DNA of 64,000 nucleotides from contig CAVXUA010000010.1 in the NCBI GenBank assembly GCA_963764825.1, positions 45,010-109,009 on the forward strand. The letters are read 5' to 3'. The notes beneath the pieces are model-generated. The model made no database searches and was not told the origin of the DNA. It saw only the letters and a list, made by a program, of their open reading frames with translations. The DNA comes from an uncultured Ignavibacteriales bacterium. Lineage in GTDB: Bacteria; Bacteroidota; Ignavibacteria; Ignavibacteriales; Ignavibacteriaceae. The translations under genes were made by a program, and so were the position numbers. Shown here in pieces: positions 11,917-21,561 of this stretch. Each line of letters opens with the position of its first letter. Within the stretch, counting starts at the first letter, position 1.

Positions 11917-13511
11917 ATGATACCGCTGCATGTACATTCAAATTTTACGCTTCTAAAAGGTACAATTCCTGTCGAGCAACTAGTTAAAAGGGCTGTAGAA
12001 CTTGGGCTGGCAGCACTTGCACTTACTGATACAAACGCAATGAACGGGGTAATTCAGTTTGCAAAAATTGCAAATGAAAATAACATTAAACCGATTATAG
12101 GAACTCTAATAGATGAACCTGGTAACAAAAACAAGTACATTTTACTTCTGGCAAAAAACAATAAAGGTTATAGCGATGTTTGTAAAATTATAACTTCCAG
12201 AAAACTGAATGATGATTTTTCCATTCACTCAATCCTAAAAAATGAATGGCGAACCCTTTTTATCATTACACCATCAATTGAATTGCTTCAGGATGTAAAA
12301 CCATCTGAGAATATTTTTATTGAATTAATTACAACGAATAGTGAAAAAAAGAAAACAGGAAGCGTTTTGATTTTGCAGTGTCTAATAATTTTAAATGTGT
12401 TGCAACAAATCCGATCTATTTTTTAAAAAAGCATGATTATCATCTGCATAAAACTGTAACTGCTATTAGGTTAAATTCTACACTTAGAAATGTTGAAGAA
12501 GATGAATTAGTTGATACAGAATTTTATTTTAAAGATCCCACTTTAATAATTAAAGAATGGAGAGCCCTGCATGATGTGCTGGATCAATCAAATAAAATTG
12601 CTGATGAATGTAATGTAAATTTAAAGTTGAATGATTATAAATTTCCTTCTTATCCTGTTCCCGCAAATGAGACTGCTGAATCGCTTTTATGGAAAGAAAC
12701 TTATAAAGGATTGAGAAAAAAATATCATCCAATTACTGCTGCTGTTAAAAAGCGAGTTGAGGATGAGTTAGCTGTTATTAGGGAGATGAATTTTACGGAA
12801 TATTTTTTAATTGTATGGGATATTGTAAGAGAAGCCAGGCAAAGGGGAATGTTACTTATTGGAAGAGGCTCAGCGGCGAACAGTATTGTTGCATACTGTT
12901 TAGGTTTAACCCAGGTGGATCCTATAGAATTAAACCTTTACTTCGAACGTTTTATGAATAAGGCGCGCAGTAGTCCTCCGGATGTGGATATTGATTTTTC
13001 ATGGAAAGAAAGAGATGAAATTATAAAATACATTTTTGAAGAGTATGGTTACGAAAAAGTTGCAATGATTTCAACCACGGTTACATTCAGAGCAAGATCA
13101 GCTTTCAGGGAAGTTGCAAAAGCTTACGGCTTTACAAATGAAGAGATATCTAAATTCAGTAAGAGAATTCCATGGACCAGCGCAGCTAATCTTCCTAATC
13201 TTTCAAAATTTTTTCCTGAATCAAAAAAACTTAATTTTAACCTGGAGCCATGGAAATCAATTGTAAGTTTAGCATCAAAGATAGCAGGGTTCCCACGTCA
13301 TCTTAGCATTCATCCTGGAGGAATTGTAATTGCCCCAAATAAAATAACCGATTACGTTGCTTTGGAATATGCGAAGAATAAAGGATTGGGTTTAATCGTA
13401 ACGCAACCGGATATGTATTCAATTGAAGATATTGGTTTAATTAAAATAGATATTCTCAGTCAGAGATCGCTTGGCGTTTTAAGAGATACGATGGAAAGTA
13501 TAAAAAATTAA
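11917..13511 (+). pseudogene. dnaE: DNA polymerase III alpha subunit, N-terminal ~530 aa only (PHP domain and start of palm); one frameshift near 12380-12426
   Basis: 'MIPLHVHSNFTLLKG...ALTDTNAMNG', 'YFLIVWDIVREAR', 'GRGSAANSIVAYCLGLTQVDP', 'PPDVDIDFS', 'HPGGIVI', 'KIDILSQRSLGVL', then a stop. The next gene converges 10 nt later and no continuation exists in any frame. Confidence 0.85.
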
Positions 13512-13520
13512 TTAGCAGAT

Positions 13521-13974
13521 TCAGTTTTCTGGATATTGTTCATCGATAAAAAAGTTGAATTGTAAAAAATTAAAATGATACCAATTGCCAGCAATCCAAT
13601 ATTTTGCAAAAAGTTTTAATGATCCCAATTCGTTCCCGTTGGCAGTACCAAAACATCCGCAATCAATATTTAATCCTCTTGCAAGACTAATAGCAATTGC
13701 AATTATAAAAATAATTAGCATCCCGCTGATTATTATACTGTTCTCTTTGACAGATACTCCAAATAAAAGCAGAAGACCTGCGCTTATTTCAATCCAGGGA
13801 AGAATGATAGCGAGAATGTTTATGAAATTATCAGGAAGCAATTTATAATTTGCAATTGCCTGTGCAAAATCATTTGGATCTAGCAATTTTAGGAATGGCA
13901 GCATAAATAAAGACAAACGCTAGGAAAACTCTTAAAACAAACAGGAGGTATTTATTTTTTAAAACATTTTTCAT
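13521..13974 (-). CDS. MauE/DoxX-family membrane protein (frameshift near 13870-13920)
   Basis: Four hydrophobic helices and the 'DCGCFG' motif typical of MauE/DoxX proteins. N-terminus 'MKNVLKNKYLLFVLRVFLAFVFIYAAIPK' lies in an adjacent frame. Confidence 0.6.
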
Positions 13975-13994
13975 CACAGAATACTACTAAACAT

Positions 13995-14667
13995 TTACTG
14001 ATTGGTTTCGTTAGTGGTTGTAGGATAACTTGCTTCGACCCAGTCTAGCCATCCACCAAAAAAAACAAAAACATTTTTGTATCCAATCTCAGCTAATTTA
14101 TTTCCTAACAGCACGCTCAAATCGCAATCTGTACCGCTGCAATAAGTTACAATAATTTCATCCTTATTAATGTTAATTAACTTATTTTCATTTTCTTCAA
14201 ATGAATAGAAGTAAATATTAATTGCATGAAGAGATATGACCTTCATTATAGTCAATATCTTCTCTTGCATCTATAAACTTTGCACCATTATTAAAAAGTG
14301 TAAATGCCTGATCAAGGTTTATAATTTTTGGTTCATTAAATATTTCTTCTTCTTCATCGTTATCAGTTATTTCATTTTCATTATTTATATGTTCAGATTC
14401 TTCTTCCTTTATGGTCTCCTGCAATTCACTCAATAACTTTTGCTCATCCTCAATATTCTTTAATTGCGTAGTAATTTCTACGGTATCAGCGATTCCTTTT
14501 TCATCTCTGTATTATTTCTGGATATGATTAAGAGAATCTGATGCGAAGCTTAATTTTATTTCTTCCCTGATTAAGGAAATTCCTGCTGGATTGAAATTGT
14601 TAAAAATTATTCCAACAATTGAACCAATAATAACTACTAAAAATATTTTTTTAATATCTATCCGCAA
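13995..14667 (-). CDS. Membrane-anchored rhodanese-domain sulfurtransferase (one in-frame TAA near 14513 and one frameshift near 14220-14270)
   Basis: 'FIDAREDIDYNEGHI' and 'IIVTYCSGTDCDLS...GGWLDW' form a rhodanese fold with an active-site Cys loop. N-terminal TM helix and an acidic linker. Lies 20 nt upstream of the MauE/DoxX gene. Confidence 0.6.
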
Positions 14668-14704
14668 TTATTCTAAAATGATAATTTCAAAAAGTTAACA
14701 CTTA

Positions 14705-14736
14705 ATTTAAAAACAAAGCCCTCACGAGAGAGGGCT
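14705..14736 (-). terminator. Intrinsic terminator after tRNA-Leu
   Basis: AGCCCTC (14717-14723) pairs with GAGGGCT (14730-14736). On the minus strand it is followed by TTGTTTTTA. Confidence 0.5.
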
Positions 14737-14740
14737 ATTG

Positions 14741-14826
14741 TACCGAAGGCCGGACTCGAACCGGCACCTGGTATAAGCCAGACTGGATTTTGAGTCCAGC
14801 GCGTCTACCAATTTCGCCACTTCGGC
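14741..14826 (-). tRNA. tRNA-Leu (anticodon CAA)
   Basis: Reverse complement GCCGAAGTGGCGAAATTGGTAGACGC...CTGGA-CTCAAAA-TCCAG, long variable arm CTGG..CCAG, T-arm GCCGG-TTCGAGT-CCGGC. The 1:72 pair is G:T. Confidence 0.88.
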
Positions 14827-15172
14827 TAATAACTTTTATTTTGAGACAAAGAACTAAGATTTTTTAATTGATTTACTCAGAAATACAAATTTAAGGAACA
14901 TTCCTTCGCTAATCAATGAATTATTCTTACACGTTTTTACTTTTTTATCCAATTTTTAATTGATTAGTGCAGATGTAATGAAATTATACAAGTTATTAGA
15001 TGTTTCAATATATACCATATAAGACATATTTAACTACCAGTAAATAACCTATTAAACATAGCAAATATATAGTGTATTGATAATAAATTAACTATTTGTA
15101 ACCGTAAGTATTGTTATGGCATTATAATTGTTTCATTTCCATGTAAATCAATAATAATAATAGAGGAAACTC

Positions 15173-15379
15173 GTGAAAAAACATTTACAAAACCATCAAG
15201 TGTATGACTCATTTTATGATGAGGAGTACTTTGCTGATCTATCCGGTGATCCTCCTAACGTTGATCCGGATTATATTGATGAAGAAGAGATTTATGATAT
15301 GATTGATGATACAGAGTTTGAAGATATGGATATGGATGAACTGGGTTTGGATGATTACGAAGAACTGAATCTTATTTAA
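15173..15379 (+). CDS. Hypothetical small, extremely acidic protein (68 aa)
   Basis: GTG start preceded by GAGGAAA. More than 40% D/E ('DEEEIYDMIDDTEFEDMDMDELGLDDYEE'). No recognisable domain. Confidence 0.45.
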   Translation: MKKHLQNHQVYDSFYDEEYFADLSGDPPNVDPDYIDEEEIYDMIDDTEFEDMDMDELGLDDYEELNLI

Positions 15380-15413
15380 GTAATTATTTTTAACATTTTC
15401 TTCCGGGGAAGTT

Positions 15414-15623
15414 ATGGCACGTACTTTTATTGGCGAAGAAGGTCAGTATGAAATAGAAGACAACGGCAGCATTGTTCAGAAAATGGTTGACAAGCTTGGT
15501 AAGTTAACAGGCAGTATAAGGAAATATAAGAATGCCAGAAACATTACCAATCCTTTTGATAGAGAAGGAGTCAAGAGAGTTCTGGAGATGTTAAAGATTT
15601 ATAAAATATCAGGTCGCTGTTAA
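15414..15623 (+). CDS. Hypothetical small basic protein (69 aa)
   Basis: ATG start preceded by GGGGAAG, 34 nt after the acidic ORF. No recognisable domain. Confidence 0.4.
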   Translation: MARTFIGEEGQYEIEDNGSIVQKMVDKLGKLTGSIRKYKNARNITNPFDREGVKRVLEMLKIYKISGRC

Positions 15624-15653
15624 TAAAATAAAATACTCTAAAATTGATTAGCT

Positions 15654-17366
15654 TTACTTTTTCTGAGCTTTTTCAATCTTGCCCCAGGTATCGCGCAAGG
15701 GAACGATCCTGTTGAAAACTAATCGCTCCTTTGAACTATCAACGTTATCCACACAAAAATATCCTAACCTTTCAAACTGAAATCTTTCACTTTTTTCAGC
15801 ATCGTTTAATGAAGGTTCTAATTTACAATTTTTAATTATATCCAGCGAATGAGGATTTATTAATTCTTTGTAATCTTTTTCTTTATCACCTAAAGGATCT
15901 TCAACGGTAAAAAGTCTATCATATAATCTAACCTCTGCATCAATGGCATGCTCAGCAGAAACCCAATGAATTGTTCCTTTTACTTTTTTATTGCTCGTAC
16001 CTGTGCCGCTTTTTGTTTCAGGATCGTAAGAGCAGCGTAGTTCAATTACTTCTCCCGTTTCAGGATCTTTAATAACCTCTTCGCATTTAATAATGTATGC
16101 ATATCTTAAACGTACTTCTTTGCCCGGAGCAAGCCGGAAGAATTTTTTTGGCGGATCTTCCTGGAAATCATCCTTCTCAATAAAAATCGTTTTTGAAAAA
16201 GGAAGCTTTCTTGTTCCCATTGTAGAATCTTCAGGATTATTTATCGCTTCAAGCTCTTCAATTTTTTCATCAGGATAATTTTCAATTACAACTTTAAACG
16301 GATTAAGTACACTTAGAACTCTTTTTGCTTTTTTATTTAAGTCTTCTTTAACACTATGCTCTAATAAAGCTACATCCGTAAGTGCGTTTCTTTTAACAAT
16401 ACCACTTTTTTCCGAAAAATTTCTAATAGATTCAGGTGTGTATCCTCTTCGTCTTAATCCTGAAATGGTTGGCATTCTTGGATCATCCCAACCATTCACA
16501 AAACCTTCTTGTACAAGTTCTAAAAGCTTTCGCTTACTCATAACTGTAAAGCTTACATTCAATCTTGCAAACTCAATTTGTTGGGGAGGATAAATTTCAA
16601 GTTCTTTAACAAACCAATCGTATAACGGACGATGATTTTCAAATTCCAACGTGCAAAGTGAATGTGTAATTCCTTCAATCGAATCTGACTGCCCGTGAGC
16701 CCAATCATACATAGGATAAATGCACCATTTATCTCCTGTACGGTGATGTGATTCGTGTCTTATGCGGTAAAGAATCGGATCCCGCATATTCATGTTTGGA
16801 GAAGTCATATCAATTTTAGCTCTTAGAACATATTCACCATCTTCAAACTCGCCAGCTTTCATTCTCGCAAAAAGATCCAGGTTCTCTTCAACCGGGCGAT
16901 TTTTATAAGGACTATCTTTTCCCGGTTCTGTAGGTGTACCTCGGTATTCTTTTATTTCATCACCGTTAAGAGAATCAACATAAGCTTTACCATTTTTAAT
17001 AAGCTTTATAGCATATTCATATAACTGATCAAAGTAATCGGATGCATAATACTCTCTGTCTTCCCAATCAAATCCAAGCCATTTTATATCTTCTTTAATT
17101 GAGTTAACATATTCCATTTCTTCCTTTGTAGGATTTGTATCATCAAATCTTAAATTGCACAATCCATTGTATTCTTCAGCTAAACCAAAGTTTAAACAGA
17201 TTGATTTTGTATGACCAATATGTAAATAGCCATTCGGTTCGGGAGGAAATCTTGTGTGAATTTTACTATGCTTACCAGTTTTTAAATCTTCATTAATAAT
17301 GTCTTTAATAAAGTTTGATGGCTTGATTTCATTATTTTCTGTGCTGTTATGTTTTTGGTTATCCAT
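15654..17366 (-). CDS. glnS: Glutaminyl-tRNA synthetase
   Basis: 570 aa. Class I signatures '[11 protein letters not shown]' and 'VMSKR'. GlnRS-type C-terminal anticodon-binding domains. Confidence 0.96.
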   Translation of the reverse strand: MDNQKHNSTENNEIKPSNFIKDIINEDLKTGKHSKIHTRFPPEPNGYLHIGHTKSICLNFGLAEEYNGLCNLRFDDTNPTKEEMEYVNSIKEDIKWLGFDWEDREYYASDYFDQLYEYAIKLIKNGKAYVDSLNGDEIKEYRGTPTEPGKDSPYKNRPVEENLDLFARMKAGEFEDGEYVLRAKIDMTSPNMNMRDPILYRIRHESHHRTGDKWCIYPMYDWAHGQSDSIEGITHSLCTLEFENHRPLYDWFVKELEIYPPQQIEFARLNVSFTVMSKRKLLELVQEGFVNGWDDPRMPTISGLRRRGYTPESIRNFSEKSGIVKRNALTDVALLEHSVKEDLNKKAKRVLSVLNPFKVVIENYPDEKIEELEAINNPEDSTMGTRKLPFSKTIFIEKDDFQEDPPKKFFRLAPGKEVRLRYAYIIKCEEVIKDPETGEVIELRCSYDPETKSGTGTSNKKVKGTIHWVSAEHAIDAEVRLYDRLFTVEDPLGDKEKDYKELINPHSLDIIKNCKLEPSLNDAEKSERFQFERLGYFCVDNVDSSKERLVFNRIVPLRDTWGKIEKAQKK

Positions 17367-17386
17367 TTAAATTCTTCAGTAAGATT

Positions 17387-18849
17387 TTAAGTTAATTTTA
17401 ATTTTTCAATTGCTTGGTCAATCCGTTTAAGAGTTTCATCTTTACCAATTATTACAACAATATCATACACGCCAGGTCCTTCACCCATTCCCGAAACAGC
17501 AATTCTTAATGGATGAATTAATTTACCATTGCCCACATCCATCTGTTCTGCAGTTTTATGAAGGGCGTTTTCATAATCTTGCTTAACCGGGTTTGTTAAC
17601 TCTGCAAAATTATAGCGCAACTTTTTCAAAAGTACAGGCGAATCTTCTTTCCATCTTTTCTTCAAAACTTTTTCATCATATTCTACTGGGGGTTCAAAAA
17701 AGTATGGGCTTTTTGTTAAATATTCTTTAATAAAAGAAACTCTTTCCTTCATTGCATCAACCACATGCAGCAAGTATTTATCGGCATAGCTTTGGTCTGA
17801 ATATTTTGATTGTGCAAGCTCACTCTTAAGCATTTCTAAAACTACATTATTAGATTTTTGCCTTAAATGTTCGTAGTTAAGCCAATTTAGTTTTTCAAGA
17901 TTAAACACTGCTCCCGCTTTATGGACTCTTTCAAGTGAAAATTTTTCGCAAAGCTCTTCCATTTCATAAAATTCTTTATCATCCCCGTAATTCCATCCGA
18001 GCAACGCTACAAAATTTATTAACGCTTCCTTCAGATATCCTTTCTTCATGTAATCTTCAACCGCAACATCACCCTGCCTTTTGCTTAATTTGGATTTATC
18101 AGGATTTAATAGTAGCGGAAGATGTGCAAAAACCGGTTTTTCCCAACCAAGATATTCGTACAACAAAATATGCTTTGGCGTTGATGAAAGCCATTCTTCT
18201 CCTCTGATAACATGGGTAATTCCCATTAGATAATCATCAACAACATTGGCAAGATGATAAGTAGGAAATCCATCACTCTTTACCAAAATCTGGTCATCAA
18301 CAATATCAGTTTCAAATTCAACACGTCCTCTAATTGAATCATCTACAATTTACCTTCTCTCCCGGTTGAACATTTAACCTGACGACATGAGGTTCGCTGC
18401 TAATTATTCTTTTTTCAATCTCATCTTGGCTTAAAGACAAAGCAAGCTTATCATATTTATAAGCTTCTTTATTCTGCTCTTGTTTTTCCCTTAAGTTCTT
18501 TCAATCTTTCAGGAGTATCAAATGCATAATATGCTTTTTTATTTTTGATGAGTTCATCAGCATACTTCTTATATATTTCCAGTCGTTCAGATTGAAAATA
18601 GGGACCGCTGTCTCCTCCTGTCTCGGGTCCTTCATCAAAAGTAAGCCCAGCCCAGTGTAAAGTTTCCAGCAAATTATCAACTGCACCCTCAACAAACCTG
18701 TTTTTATCGGTATCTTCAATTCTTAATATTATTTTACCGTTGTTATGTTTGGCAAACAGGTAATTATATAAAGCTGTACGAAGTCCGCCAATATGAAGGA
18801 ATCCTGTAGGACTAGGAGCAAATCTCACTTTACAATTTTTTGTACTCAT
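17387..18849 (-). CDS. gltX: Glutamyl-tRNA synthetase (at least 2 frameshifts between about 18287 and 18470)
   Basis: '[22 protein letters not shown]', 'RIEDTD', '[14 protein letters not shown]', 'KLSKR'. ORFs 18469-18849 and 17387-18286 are the two ends of one gene. Confidence 0.9.
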
Positions 18850-18948
18850 CCGAATGATATATAGTTAATTTAAATAGATGATAAAATTTATCTAACAAAA
18901 ATAATAAATGATCAATAAACTACTTGGCTAGATGTATTGGAAGAGAAC

Positions 18949-21306
18949 CTACGATTTAACGGGTTCATTACTTTCAGTATAATACTTTACTTTCTTTAAG
19001 AATTCCTGGCTGTCAATCGGTTTAGGAATATAATCAGTTGCCCCTGCATCCAGGCATTTCTCCCTATCACCCTTCATTGCAAAAGCAGTTAGCGCAATAA
19101 TAGGAGTTTCTTTATAATCGCCCAATTCTCTTATTTTTCTCGTAGCTTCAAATCCATTCATAACAGGCATTTGCATATCCATTAATATCAAATCGTACTT
19201 TTGTTCTTTAACAGCATCTACAGCTTCCTGCCCGTTTTCAACAACTACAATCGATTCGAAATTATTTTTCTTAAGCAGACGGGTAACGATAATCTGGGAA
19301 TGTTTGTAATCTTCAACAAGTAGAATTTTAATCGTATCTTTTTGTTCTTTAATTTCTTCAGGGGTGGAAGGTTCATCATACCTGTTTATCATCGCGGTAA
19401 CAGTTTCCTGTAAATCTTCAATATTAGTACTACTCTTATGCAACAGGTCATCAAACAATCCATCAATTCTTTTAACATCATCTTCGTAATTTTCTTTACC
19501 GGTATAAATAATAATAGGAAGATGGGCGAACTGTTTTTTAGTTTTAATCATTTCGATTAATTGAATACCATTTATTTCAGGCATATCAAGATCGATTATG
19601 GCAAGGTCCAGGTTTAAATTTTCAATTGTGTCTATAACTTTAGTTGAATCGGATTCAGCAACAGGATTAAAACCTGCTTGCTCAACAACTTCCTTCATAA
19701 GGTTTAATGTAGGAAGGTCATCATCAACAATAAGAATATTAGAATCTCGTTTAAGTTTATAGCTTGTAAGCACTTCAACAAGGTACTTATAGTTAATCGG
19801 CTTAACGAAATATTCAACAGCGCCCATTAAAAAAGCTTTTTGTTGTTCGGCTTCAACAGAACAAATAATAACCGGCGTTTGCTTAGTGTTCTTAAATTCT
19901 CTCATCTGCTGCAAAAGTTCGAGCCCGTTAGCATCAGGCAAAACAATATCCATCAGTATCGCAAGGAAGGATTCCTTTTCAATTATCTGCCTGGTCTGTT
20001 CAGCAGAATTTACAATAGTTGGTTCGTAACCCCATTTATTAAGGTAGTTGCCTAATAGTTTCGAGGTTGCATAGTCATCTTCAATAACAAGCACTTTGTT
20101 TGATTTGTTTGCTTTGGGCAGCATGCTAATCTGTTCTTCAATTTGAGTAATTTCCTCAACAGGAATGCTGATATTAAATGTTGTCCCTTTACCAATCGTA
20201 CTTGTTATATCAAGTTCACCGTTTAGAAAATCGATGTATTTTTTTGATAAGGTTAATGCCAGCCCGGTTGTACTTCCTATTGTAGAAGTATATAAATCTG
20301 TAATTGAAAATGGTTCGAATATTACATTAAGTTTATTGGAAGAAATTCCCGCGCCGGTATCTGTGATCCTTAATCTTAACTGGTTTTTCTCCGAAGAGAA
20401 AACAGAAAGCGATATTTTTCCTCTTTCTGTTAATCTTAAAGAAGTTGTAATTAAGTTAAGAAGAATGTACCTCAGTTTTTGAGAATCTAATTTAATTGTA
20501 ACAGGTAATTCTTTGTCAATACTAACAATAAATTCAATCCGCGACTTGTCAACCTTCTCTTCCAACAATCCCAAAAGTTCAGAAATGAATTGCTTGATAT
20601 TTACAGTAATGCGTTCATCTGAACTTTTATCGCTATCCAGTCTAGCTATGTCTATTAGATCATTAAGAAGTGTCAATAAGTAGTATGCATTTTCTTTAAG
20701 TGTGTTAAGATATTCTTTTTGAGAGGCTGAAAGATTTTCTTCTCCAAGGAGCGAAGCAAAACCCATAATACTGTTTGTTGGAGTTCTCAGCTCGTGTCCA
20801 ATTGATGATATGATATCGCTTATGCCACTGCTTAAACCACCTTTTCTGCCACTCCATATTTTCAACAGGTTTCTTATCGATTCACCCACAACCTCAAGAT
20901 TATCGCGGTCAATCAGTGTAAATTCAGTTTTCTTGGCTAGTTTTAATACAACTTTTTCCTTTTCGCTTATACTAATGTGCAAACAGCCCTCAATAAGTAC
21001 ATGATCGGTGGCTTTAAATTCACATTTTGGGTCTATCTCAAATTTTGTTTCTGTTGATTCGAAACTGAAGAGATAACAATTTGCACAGTTATTCAAAGCA
21101 TTTGGTAACAGCGCCTTCCTGGCTTCGCTAGATTTGCCTAGAACCTCAAAACTATTATCTACAACTCTTGTAAGTACAGCAGCTTCAATTTCGTATTCAC
21201 TAACTAAATATTCGCATAAGTTATCCGGAAATTCCTGTGATGAAGAAAGTGCGAATTTTATCAGGTCATTATTTTTGGCAATAAAATCAATTTTAGAACT
21301 TTGCAT
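18949..21306 (-). CDS. Hybrid sensor histidine kinase with three receiver domains
   Basis: GAF-like N-domain, H-box 'HELRTPTNSIMGF', HATPase 'DTGAGI...GTGLAL'. Then three REC modules ('VLVIEDD..MDIVLPD', 'ILIVDDD..IDLDMPE', 'ILLVEDY..MDMQMP..K'). Confidence 0.9.
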   Translation of the reverse strand: MQSSKIDFIAKNNDLIKFALSSSQEFPDNLCEYLVSEYEIEAAVLTRVVDNSFEVLGKSSEARKALLPNALNNCANCYLFSFESTETKFEIDPKCEFKATDHVLIEGCLHISISEKEKVVLKLAKKTEFTLIDRDNLEVVGESIRNLLKIWSGRKGGLSSGISDIISSIGHELRTPTNSIMGFASLLGEENLSASQKEYLNTLKENAYYLLTLLNDLIDIARLDSDKSSDERITVNIKQFISELLGLLEEKVDKSRIEFIVSIDKELPVTIKLDSQKLRYILLNLITTSLRLTERGKISLSVFSSEKNQLRLRITDTGAGISSNKLNVIFEPFSITDLYTSTIGSTTGLALTLSKKYIDFLNGELDITSTIGKGTTFNISIPVEEITQIEEQISMLPKANKSNKVLVIEDDYATSKLLGNYLNKWGYEPTIVNSAEQTRQIIEKESFLAILMDIVLPDANGLELLQQMREFKNTKQTPVIICSVEAEQQKAFLMGAVEYFVKPINYKYLVEVLTSYKLKRDSNILIVDDDLPTLNLMKEVVEQAGFNPVAESDSTKVIDTIENLNLDLAIIDLDMPEINGIQLIEMIKTKKQFAHLPIIIYTGKENYEDDVKRIDGLFDDLLHKSSTNIEDLQETVTAMINRYDEPSTPEEIKEQKDTIKILLVEDYKHSQIIVTRLLKKNNFESIVVVENGQEAVDAVKEQKYDLILMDMQMPVMNGFEATRKIRELGDYKETPIIALTAFAMKGDREKCLDAGATDYIPKPIDSQEFLKKVKYYTESNEPVKS

Positions 21307-21561
21307 GATTCCCGCAATATATTTTATATTTATTTACACTTATAATTTAACATCTAAAATAAGGATACACAATTTAAATCAAAAGCAGACATAGTTTCTT
21401 ATTGTAACTAAAAAAATCCGTTTTTATTAGTTATTAAGGGATTGTTTTATCCTCTGTGGAAAAGATTATTATAATATATTTTTAAAGATTTACATCAAGC
21501 TGAAATGAAACCCGGTTGTCAATATTTCCTTCTATTTCGTTATTACCGGAACTGATTGTTT

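Noticed and set aside
13505-13520. Split-intein explanation for the truncated dnaE
   Set aside because: The ORF ends directly in a stop after '...ESIKN'. There is no Cys/Ser-initiated intein-N block, and a convergent gene starts 10 nt away.
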